From a virus: a DNA stretch of 64,000 bases. Positions 39,337 to 46,017 of this stretch are shown in pieces. The stretch spans positions 46,390-110,389 of the IMG/VR virus record IMGVR_UViG_3300017605_000140, one strand, 5' to 3'. A program made the translations under genes and the position numbers. Positions within the stretch are counted from its first letter, which is position 1. Each line of letters begins with the position of its first letter. Below the pieces are notes generated by a model that worked only from the letters and a program-made list of their open reading frames with translations, made no database searches and was not told where the DNA came from.

Positions 39337-39420
39337 TGCGCAGAGAAGGACTTGAACCCCCAGACTCCGAAGAGGACGGCTTTACAGGCCGCAACGCTAC
39401 CAATTACGTGTTATCTACGC
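39337..39420 (-). tRNA. tRNA-Tyr(GTA)
   Basis: Cloverleaf; anticodon arm gcggc-ctGTAaa-gccgt; long variable arm. Confidence 0.9.
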
Positions 39421-39517
39421 ATTGACTCCGGAGACCACTCTCCGCCTCCACCCTTATCGGGAGTGCGCAAGCATCCGGTGCATTCCCGAAAGGTGGATTT
39501 TTCTATCCGGGACCTAA

Positions 39518-39591
39518 GGGTGAATGACGGGAATCGAACCCGCTAGTACTTGGACCACAACCAAGTGCCTGACCGTTTGGCTTCATCCACC
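39518..39591 (-). tRNA. tRNA-His(GTG)
   Basis: cttgg-ttGTGgt-ccaag; T-loop TTCGATT. Confidence 0.9.
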
Positions 39592-39597
39592 ATGAAA

Positions 39598-39768
39598 CTA
39601 CTTCTTAGCGTAATATCCCCAGCAGTTATTGGAATGGCTTTCCTCAAATTCAGAGATTCTTTCGCCTAACTTACTTTTATCCTTTAGTTTATATGTTTTT
39701 CTGTAACCGCAGGTGCATATAAACTTAATCTTGTTATCCCATATATCGTACACATATTTAGCATCCAT
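39598..39768 (-). CDS. 56-aa hypothetical protein
   Basis: AAGGAG RBS; MDAKYVYDIWDNKIKFICTCGY... Confidence 0.55.
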   Translation of the reverse strand: MDAKYVYDIWDNKIKFICTCGYRKTYKLKDKSKLGERISEFEESHSNNCWGYYAKK

Positions 39769-39783
39769 TTTTAACTCCTTAAG

Positions 39784-39857
39784 TCCGCCCGCCGAGATTT
39801 GAACTCGAAATAACTCGTTATCAGCGAGTCGTGATTACCAGATTTCACTACAGGCGA
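39784..39857 (-). tRNA. tRNA-Ile(GAT)
   Basis: actcg-ctGATaa-cgagt. Confidence 0.85.
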
Positions 39858-39868
39858 TTATTGGATAG

Positions 39869-39962
39869 CTGAATAATATTAGAGGAGTCGAACCTCAAAC
39901 TCTATCCATAGTTCACCAGATAATAATCTGGTAGCTGATACCGTCAGCTTTAACATATTCAG
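39869..39962 (-). ncRNA. Atypical tRNA-like RNA with no canonical anticodon loop
   Basis: T-arm gagg-TTCGACT-cctc; 6-bp D-like stem agctga/tcagct; accaga-ttatta-tctggt arm; extended terminal stem. Confidence 0.6.
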
Positions 39963-39966
39963 TACG

Positions 39967-40039
39967 TACGCCAAGTGGGATTTGAACCCACAACCGCCAC
40001 CTTATAAGAGTGGAACTCTGACCGTTGAGTTATTGGCGC
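39967..40039 (-). tRNA. tRNA-Ile(TAT)
   Basis: ccact-ctTATaa-ggtgg; full cloverleaf. Confidence 0.85.
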
Positions 40040-40158
40040 ATAAATAGAGAAATAATATTGTGTCGGGATATATGTCCAGCCATGTTACTGAATCCCCACG
40101 CTGGTTGTCTAATATACACAATCATACGCTGTCCTAGGAGCGTGCTGATTTCTCTAAG

Positions 40159-40246
40159 CGGAAGCTAGGAGGGTCGAACTCCTACGGGCATTACCCCCAA
40201 CGCTTTTCAAGAGCGCGGCCGTCGCCGTCTTTCGGCTGGAGCTTCC
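40159..40246 (-). tRNA. tRNA-Ser(TGA)
   Basis: gcgct-ctTGAaa-agcgt; long variable arm; G discriminator. Confidence 0.85.
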
Positions 40247-40382
40247 ATAGCACTACGTTAGCGTTCTCCTGCGGCGTTCGTGCAACCGATCACTTCCTAG
40301 GCTGACAGGCTAACGTTTTTCCCTCACATTGCAAATCTGGTTGCACGTGGATGGAAGGCAGGCATGTGCTATGCCTGTGCTG

Positions 40383-40466
40383 CGGAAGATGGAAGAATTG
40401 AACTTCCTCGGGCTTTAAACCCTTACCTCATTAGCAGTGAGGCTGCTAGCCATTCGCTTATCTTCC
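40383..40466 (-). tRNA. tRNA-Ser(GCT)
   Basis: cctca-ctGCTaa-tgagg; long variable arm. Confidence 0.85.
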
Positions 40467-40470
40467 AAAG

Positions 40471-40547
40471 AGCACACTGGCGGAATCGAACCGCTAACCA
40501 ACTGCTTTGCAGGCAGTCTCCGAACCACACAGATTAGGTCAATGTGC
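40471..40547 (-). tRNA. tRNA-Cys(GCA)
   Basis: actgc-ctGCAaa-gcagt; U discriminator. Confidence 0.8.
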
Positions 40548-40608
40548 AAGCGCCGGGCCTTTAACCGTTAGGCACGTAGGTACGGGGTATTTCCTACATC
40601 ACCGGCCG

Positions 40609-40686
40609 TGGATTTGTAGCGATTCGAACGCTAGTCCTGAGAAATTCCGCATGCGGTTTTAGTCTCAGTCGAAACCTTCCAAACCC
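40609..40686 (-). ncRNA. Mini-tmRNA: isolated tRNA-like domain without a tag ORF
   Basis: GGGTTTG-GAAGGTTTCGAC-TGAGA..20 nt..TCTCAG-GAC-TAGCG-TTCGAAT-CGCTA-CAAATCC-A; G3.U70 pair; stemless D-loop ending TTCGAC. Confidence 0.75.
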
Positions 40687-40776
40687 ATTTAATTTTAGTA
40701 AGGTGGTCTTGGACCACTGGGCGGTTTAGGATTATTAGGCCCTGGAAAGGGCTTCGGTGTTTTTGGTGTTGTCACG

Positions 40777-40848
40777 TACCCGCAGAGGGATTCGAACCCC
40801 CGACATTCGCCTTGTAAGGGCGGTGCTCTCCCGCTGAGCTATACGGGC
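40777..40848 (-). tRNA. tRNA-Val(TAC)
   Basis: ccgcc-ctTACaa-ggcga. Confidence 0.9.
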
Positions 40849-40870
40849 ATTGCCCCAAAGGGCTTTATAC

Positions 40871-41077
40871 TTACTTCTTACGGCCGAAGAAACCCTTCTT
40901 AGCCGGTTCTGGTGCTGGTGGAGTAGCAGGCTGAAGTTCACGACTACGATAAACTCCCACATCTCGCGGATCATCATTATCAGATACCGCAATACGGTCG
41001 GTAGATGTCTCTGTAGCTACTACAGTACCATCTTTACCCGTAACCGTCACTACTTGATCACCCTTACGCCATCCCAT
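40871..41077 (-). CDS. Small KOW/SH3-like protein
   Basis: AAGGAGG RBS; 'WRKGDQVVTVTGKDGTVV'. Confidence 0.65.
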   Translation of the reverse strand: MGWRKGDQVVTVTGKDGTVVATETSTDRIAVSDNDDPRDVGVYRSRELQPATPPAPEPAKKGFFGRKK

Positions 41078-41106
41078 AATATCCTCCTTAGTGATGTTAT
41101 ACAACG

Positions 41107-41179
41107 TACTCCCGGAGGGAATCGAACCCCCAACCTAGTGGGTAGAAGCCACTTGCACTGTCCGTTGTGCTACGAGAGC
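41107..41179 (-). tRNA. tRNA-Arg(TCT)
   Basis: agtgg-ctTCTac-ccact. Confidence 0.9.
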
Positions 41180-41301
41180 ATAATAGGATTTTGATCCGGA
41201 ATCCTAAAACCGACTAGCTTATATGTACGTGCTAGAACGCACTCTATGTTTACCGTGTTTATATAGGGACAACCCTCACATAGAAGAACCCTATGTCCCT
41301 G

Positions 41302-41374
41302 TGCACCTAGAGAGACTCGAACTCCCAACTTTTTCGTCCGTAGCGAAACGCTCTGTCCATTGAGCTATAGGTGC
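41302..41374 (-). tRNA. tRNA-Arg(ACG)
   Basis: tttcg-ctACGga-cgaaa. Confidence 0.9.
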
Positions 41375-41382
41375 ATATTTAC

Positions 41383-41922
41383 TTAGACTGTCTGCTGAAC
41401 CAACTTGCTTAACTTCCGCTTGTGTCTGAAGCTTATCAGATACTCTGCCAGGCGTCCAGGGGTTACTAGGTAGGGAGGATACTCTGTCAGAGGTGATCCT
41501 ACCTCGCTGTAGTCCAGTGCTACTAACTGTGAGCATATCAGATGATCAGAATCTTCTACGCGCTTTGCCACTCTAGGATATTTGATTCCTAAACGATATA
41601 GTGCTATCGCTAAATAATCAAGAAAACTATATGGGATACCTTCTTGAAGAATAGCTCTTGTTATGATGCTATTTCGTTGTATATGAGACAGATTAACTAT
41701 CCCTGTAGACCACAGTACAGGACGACCATCATACTTTGCAAGTTCGGATATGAGGGCACCACCCGGTTCAGCTTCAACTATTTTACCATTACCCACGTAA
41801 ATAAAGGCATGTTCATAGTTAGTGAATCCGTCACCATTAAGCCACTGACCAAAGCGTATTAGCTTACCTACGCCGCCTTCTATAGAAACTAAACCGAAGT
41901 CTCCAGGCTCAGGTAAAACCAT
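41383..41922 (-). CDS. Permuted papain-like (YiiX/YebB-type NlpC/P60) amidase
   Basis: 'PGD', 'HAFIYVG...VEA' (His first), 'G.PY.F', 'LICSQLV' (Cys second), 'TPG.L'. Confidence 0.85.
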   Translation of the reverse strand: MVLPEPGDFGLVSIEGGVGKLIRFGQWLNGDGFTNYEHAFIYVGNGKIVEAEPGGALISELAKYDGRPVLWSTGIVNLSHIQRNSIITRAILQEGIPYSFLDYLAIALYRLGIKYPRVAKRVEDSDHLICSQLVALDYSEVGSPLTEYPPYLVTPGRLAEYLISFRHKRKLSKLVQQTV

Positions 41923-41943
41923 AATACTCTCCTATTATTAAAG

Positions 41944-42016
41944 TGATCCGACTCGGACTCGAACCGAGGACTCTGAGTTTAAAAGACTCGCACTCTACCA
42001 ACTGAGTTACCGGATC
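41944..42016 (-). tRNA. tRNA-Lys(TTT)
   Basis: cgagt-ctTTTaa-actca. Confidence 0.9.
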
Positions 42017-42078
42017 ATATACTGTCAGTGTTCTGAGGCTGACCTAATGCATTAAGGTAACTGACACAGCCTTCCGCG

Positions 42079-42151
42079 TGCTCCGTGTCCGACTTGAACG
42101 GACGACCTGCGCTTTAAGAGAGCGCTACTCTACCAACTGAGTTAACGGAGC
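42079..42151 (-). tRNA. tRNA-Lys(CTT)
   Basis: gcgct-ctCTTaa-agcgc. Confidence 0.9.
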
Positions 42152-42286
42152 ATTAATAGATATGACCTGACCTACACCCGAGTTTCACGGTTAACAGGTA
42201 GTAATTGTAGCCTTTGCGCATCTAGGCTGCATAGCATATCTAAGTAGCACTTTCATCGCCTATAGCGAACCGGTATGCCAAACCCG

Positions 42287-42359
42287 TGGACCTAGGGGGA
42301 TTCGAACCCCCAACCTTCTGCGTGCAAAGCAGTTGCTCTTCCATTGGAGCTACAGGCCC
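42287..42359 (-). tRNA. tRNA-Ala(TGC)
   Basis: actgc-ttTGCac-gcaga; G3.U70. Confidence 0.9.
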
Positions 42360-42488
42360 ATAAATCTGAAGGATTCCCCCAACTCCCCGAATTTCACGGA
42401 TCTTAGCCGACGTGCACCTTCAGATCTACAGCTTAGCAGATGTGGCGGTTTTTTCCTAGCAGGCGGTCCGCCAACCGCTGTTAATACT

Positions 42489-42725
42489 TTACCACGTGGT
42501 AGCGAATCTTGCAACTTCTTCTTCAGTCAGCTTACGTCCTACATGCCAACCTTCACAGAAGGCGCAAGGATAGCCTTCCATATCTCTGCTGTACTTTATA
42601 CTTAATTTATCTGCTGATTTTTCCGCTGTAGCTTCTGACTTGTAGTCTACCTTATTACCACAAGTCGCATCAATGCCATAGTGGAGTCCCGCAGCTATGT
42701 GCATTGATATAGCTTCGGGTTCCAT
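42489..42725 (-). CDS. Small Cys/His (zinc-binding) phage protein coupled to the Ro60 gene
   Basis: 'C..K..Y....A...Y.C..C.GWH'; ATG 1 nt after the TROVE stop. Confidence 0.65.
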   Translation of the reverse strand: MEPEAISMHIAAGLHYGIDATCGNKVDYKSEATAEKSADKLSIKYSRDMEGYPCAFCEGWHVGRKLTEEEVARFATTW

Positions 42726-42726
42726 A

Positions 42727-44307
42727 TTACCTGTTCTCCCAAGGCCAAGTCTGTGATTCCCCAGCTTCAATCAATGGTATCATCTGAAATCCCTTGTCAG
42801 TCAATCCTCCGAAGGTATGACGCTTCTTCGAACCAGACTCACTGTGCGCTGCTGCGTATCCCTCTAGGTTCCAAGTATACACAGGAACCCTGGCCGGAAC
42901 AACAGCTAGTGGATCACCACCGTAACCATTGTACTGCTCATCGGTGATAATGATAATACGATCATGACCATTGAAGCTACCCCGAACCGCCACATCGGTA
43001 TCAGTGCCTCCCATATCACGGAACTTATTCAGCATAGGCAGAATAGAGTCACCCTTACGGAATGAAACCTTCTCAAATGCGGGACCATTATAAGCAGAAC
43101 CGAACTGAACCAAATCCGCATTCTCAGCACGAAGTGCAAGTGCTGAACCGAAGATAGCAGCCTTATCAGCCATCGTCAACTCAGTGTCAGTACGGTGGTA
43201 GCTGAACATAGAACCCGAACGGTCAACCAGGATAAGCGTACGACCAGTAAGAGACGGAATATTACTGAGAGAAGCATTCAAAGCATCTTCCAATGCCGAC
43301 CCTATCTTCAAGCTACCCTTAGTGGCCTGATAAGCCGCAAGGAATCGGAAAGGAAACTGCTTACTCTTAACAACTTGCTCAGGATCAGCAAGCTTACTAA
43401 GCACCCCATTCAGTACCCTAACACTAACACCGGCATCCTGGAAGTTACGCAGATTGCGAAGTAGTGCCATGTATCCCATATTAGGAATAATAGCTTCCCA
43501 AGCCTGCTTATCCATAGGACCCTGGAGCCATCCTGCCATCGCCTCCCATGTCATTCCGGCTTCACCCAGAAGATTGTTACCCTCGTTGCGCAAAAGCAGT
43601 TCTCTGCGCAGTTCGGGACGGAAACTCACAAGGGTCTCACGATTGCGTATCATCTTAAGAATCTCAGGAAGAACCTCTACATTTCCGTAGCGACGATCCA
43701 GAGCATACTTGAAAAGCTGATTCTGCTTAGAGGATTCCGCAGAAGGGTGTGTCAACTGAATAACATCCGCAAAACGGTATCCCTTAGAATCTGTATCATA
43801 CTTCAGCAGACTGTACTCATTATAGAGCTTCTTTGCTCCATCAGCAACACCCTTCTTCAGGTACGCAGGGAAGTTCTTACCGTACTTAGCCTCGTAGTAA
43901 GCCAGCACCTCTCCAGGCTCATCAGCACGAGCCTGAGAAGCCGCTACGATGGCCCTAGGAGTCCCATTCATGGCCCCAGAGTCGTAGAGTGCCTTAGAAC
44001 CCTCAACAGCCGCTACGATGGCCGCAGAGCGCATGAAGGCATCATTGCGAAGCCAGCCAACAAAGCCCTGGAACCACTTAGGGTCCTGAACAGCCACGGA
44101 AGCACACAGGTTGGTGAAACGATCATCACGGTTCTTGGCAGACTCATAGAAAGTATCCTGACCGACAAAATTGGATACTGCCAGCAAGAACAACTCTGAC
44201 TTGGTATCCCTCCCAAAAGCTGCGCGACCATCATGATTTACAGTCATACCTGTAGTCTTAATAGGAGACTGCACCCCTGTACGAACCGCCCTATTGAACT
44301 TGCTCAT
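42727..44307 (-). CDS. rsr: Ro60/Rsr TROVE + vWA domain RNA-binding protein
   Basis: 'ELFLLAV..F..QDTFYE', 'RADEPGE', 'DV..L.HP', 'MTWE', 'MGYMALLRNLRNF', 'SKQFPFRF..AY', MIDAS 'VDRSGSM', 'GGT', 'IITDEQ'. Confidence 0.95.
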   Translation of the reverse strand: MSKFNRAVRTGVQSPIKTTGMTVNHDGRAAFGRDTKSELFLLAVSNFVGQDTFYESAKNRDDRFTNLCASVAVQDPKWFQGFVGWLRNDAFMRSAAIVAAVEGSKALYDSGAMNGTPRAIVAASQARADEPGEVLAYYEAKYGKNFPAYLKKGVADGAKKLYNEYSLLKYDTDSKGYRFADVIQLTHPSAESSKQNQLFKYALDRRYGNVEVLPEILKMIRNRETLVSFRPELRRELLLRNEGNNLLGEAGMTWEAMAGWLQGPMDKQAWEAIIPNMGYMALLRNLRNFQDAGVSVRVLNGVLSKLADPEQVVKSKQFPFRFLAAYQATKGSLKIGSALEDALNASLSNIPSLTGRTLILVDRSGSMFSYHRTDTELTMADKAAIFGSALALRAENADLVQFGSAYNGPAFEKVSFRKGDSILPMLNKFRDMGGTDTDVAVRGSFNGHDRIIIITDEQYNGYGGDPLAVVPARVPVYTWNLEGYAAAHSESGSKKRHTFGGLTDKGFQMIPLIEAGESQTWPWENR

Positions 44308-44384
44308 CTTTCCTCCTATAATGTGGTACGTTATTTAGATAAAATAAAACCCCTCAAGTGCGCCAACGCGGACCAAGGGGAAGA

Positions 44385-44504
44385 TTAGTAAGTTCCTAGA
44401 AATAACAATCTCTGGTGTATAGGCACCGTGCCCTAGATGGATTCGAACCATATTATTTCATTTCCAGTGAAGTAACCAGTGATTTTCGCATCGGAATTTA
44501 CTAA
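44385..44504 (-). ncRNA. Y-RNA-like element 1 (T-loop plus hairpin insert)
   Basis: stem-GATGCGAA-stem2-TACTTCA-[atgg TTCGAAT ccat, hairpin]-stem2'-TTATTTCTA-stem'. Confidence 0.8.
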
Positions 44505-44605
44505 GATGAAAAATAGATGGGTCGCTCTGCTGAACACCTAGTAACCCATAGGGATGATAGGAATTTACATACTGCTGTCTCTCACTCTATTTGTCAATAT
44601 TGCTA

Positions 44606-44679
44606 TACCCTAGAAAAAGTCGCTCATGGTGTCTTTGATTACCATTAATGTGAAGTAACCATGAGCTGCGCATCGGGTA
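44606..44679 (-). ncRNA. Y-RNA-like element 2 (minimal, no tRNA domain)
   Basis: taccc-GATGCG-ca-gctcatggt-TACTTCA-loop-accatgagc-gacTTTTTCTA-gggta. Confidence 0.75.
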
Positions 44680-44699
44680 AAACTTATTAAATTATATTA

Positions 44700-44837
44700 A
44701 CAGCTAGAAATAATCAACTACGGCATTTCTATACCGATGCTCTGCCATTGAGCTATTTACCGATGAGTCGGTAACAGAGGATTCGAACCTCTTGTCTTCG
44801 GTTCCGGTTGAAGTATCCGTAATTTTCGCAACGCTGT
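44700..44837 (-). ncRNA. yrlA: YrlA-type Y RNA with a circularly permuted tRNA-like domain
   Basis: Scaffold encloses T-arm agagg-TTCGAAT-cctct, loop-closed acceptor ttaccga-ctca-tcggtaa, TA, D-arm gctc-aatggca-gagc and stem accga/tcggt; next to the Ro60 gene. Confidence 0.88.
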
Positions 44838-44944
44838 CAAAACTGAATGATAGAAGGGATAAGAACGTTCGTATCAAGATTACTGGGACGTTGTACTCGA
44901 TTACAGCCGCTAGCAGGCTACCCAAACCTTCTATCAAGTTTACG

Positions 44945-45031
44945 GTGACTAGAAATAATGATAAAAGTATTATAAACCCCATTTTCGGTGGAGTATTTTC
45001 ATTGAAGTATCTCTTATCTTCGCATCGTCAC
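44945..45031 (-). ncRNA. Y-RNA-like element 4 (single hairpin insert)
   Basis: gtgac-GATGCGAA-gataagag-aTACTTCA-...-cttttatc-aTTATTTCTA-gtcac. Confidence 0.75.
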
Positions 45032-45034
45032 AAG

Positions 45035-45107
45035 CTCGCCCACCTGGACTCGAACCAGGAACCGTCGCATTAACAGTGCGAAACTCTGCCAATTGAGTTA
45101 TAGGCGA
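45035..45107 (-). tRNA. tRNA-Asn(GTT)
   Basis: tcgca-ctGTTaa-tgcga. Confidence 0.9.
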
Positions 45108-45152
45108 ATACGGTCACTGTAGCTCTCGCGGTAATGACCTTGTGTACTACAT

Positions 45153-45182
45153 ATACTACCAGAGGTTGTTAGGCTCTGTCAA
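45153..45182 (-). promoter_or_regulatory. Internal promoter upstream of tRNA-Asn, the Y-RNA array and Ro60
   Basis: Minus strand TTGACA-18 bp-TAGTAT. Confidence 0.6.
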
Positions 45183-45183
45183 G

Positions 45184-45254
45184 CACGCCCTGTAGGAATC
45201 GGACCCACGCTTAGAGGTTTGGAATCTCTCGCACTACCATTATACTAAGGGCAT
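45184..45254 (-). tRNA. tRNA-Trp(CCA)
   Basis: agaga-ttCCAaa-cctct. Confidence 0.8.
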
Positions 45255-45267
45255 ATTATATTGGACG

Positions 45268-45350
45268 TACTCCCTGTCGGACTCGAACCGACACGTCATA
45301 AGACACGAGATCCTAAATCTCGCGCGGCTACCAGATTACGCCAAGGGAGC
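45268..45350 (-). tRNA. tRNA-Leu(TAG)
   Basis: cgaga-ttTAGga-tctcg; long variable arm. Confidence 0.9.
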
Positions 45351-45368
45351 ATAATAACCTGTATTACG

Positions 45369-45449
45369 TACCCACAGCCGGACTCGAACCGGCACGACCG
45401 AAGTCAACGGATTTTAAGTCCGTCGTGGCTGCCATTTCACCATGCGGGC
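45369..45449 (-). tRNA. tRNA-Leu(TAA), same isoacceptor as Streptomyces bldA
   Basis: acgga-ctTAAaa-tccgt; long variable arm. Confidence 0.9.
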
Positions 45450-45514
45450 ATTGCTGACTAGCTACGATTAAGTTGTATACCTGGAGCTTATCACACGTTA
45501 CAACGCTAGTCAAA

Positions 45515-45606
45515 CTAGATTCTAGTGAGGATCGAACTCACAAGCAGCCATCAGGATAAAGCGTACACCCTTACCCCACCTGTGTACAGGTTGCCACAGA
45601 ATCTAG
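45515..45606 (-). ncRNA. T-arm-containing tRNA-like ncRNA
   Basis: 9-bp terminal stem ctagattct/agaatctag next to gtgag-TTCGATC-ctcac; non-tRNA interior. Confidence 0.55.
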
Positions 45607-45608
45607 AG

Positions 45609-45681
45609 TACTCCAAGTCGGACTCGAACCGACAACTAGCGGTACTTGAAGCCGCTTCCTCTACCATTGGGATATTGGAGC
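45609..45681 (-). tRNA. tRNA with CAA anticodon (Leu), short variable loop
   Basis: gcggc-ttCAAgt-accgc with a 31-39 mismatch; 5-nt variable region. Confidence 0.7.
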
Positions 45682-45787
45682 ATTCTCGGTATTAACCGCT
45701 ACCGATGGGCGTAACCGTCACCGTCAGGTGTCTACGGTATTTCCGTAGGAACATTAGCACTATCAAAATAGACATCATAAACTAGAG

Positions 45788-45859
45788 AGCCTCTCCCCGG
45801 ATTCGAACCGAGCACTTGGCTTTACAAGAGCCGCGCTTTTCCCACTAAGCTAGAGAGGC
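45788..45859 (-). tRNA. tRNA-Thr(TGT)
   Basis: cggct-ctTGTaa-agcca. Confidence 0.9.
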
Positions 45860-46017
45860 ATTACCACTATACAAATTATACTGACACCAGTGGCCCATTT
45901 CAGTAACCCTATCCGAAATTTCTAAGCTTAGGGGGTATATGTGGTGAATAGTTTAAAGACATCACACCTGTCGGTCTTTAGAGAATTGCGGAAGGAGGAA
46001 CACAATTCTCTAGCTTA

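Noticed and set aside
40549-40745. Full-length or two-piece permuted tmRNA
   Set aside because: The two halves of the tRNA-like domain are in normal order only 20 nt apart, and no tag reading frame lies between them.
42023-42072. Firm call as an HDV-like/theta ribozyme
   Set aside because: The helix order fits, but P1.1 and the conserved L3 residues are not evident, so it is kept only as an unassigned pseudoknot.
44385-45031. Repeated motifs as a CRISPR array or simple direct repeats
   Set aside because: Only short loop words recur, unit lengths vary from 74 to 138 nt and the stems covary; no cas genes are present. This fits structured RNAs.
44704-45073. ORFs 44704..44982 (-) and 44792..45073 (+)
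   Set aside because: They overlap the Y-RNA-like elements, and the plus-strand one also overlaps tRNA-Asn; no RBS or recognisable protein.
45609-45681. Reading the loop as TCA (Sec/opal suppressor)
   Set aside because: Cloverleaf register places CAA at 34-36, and there are no tRNA-Sec features such as a long acceptor or variable arm.
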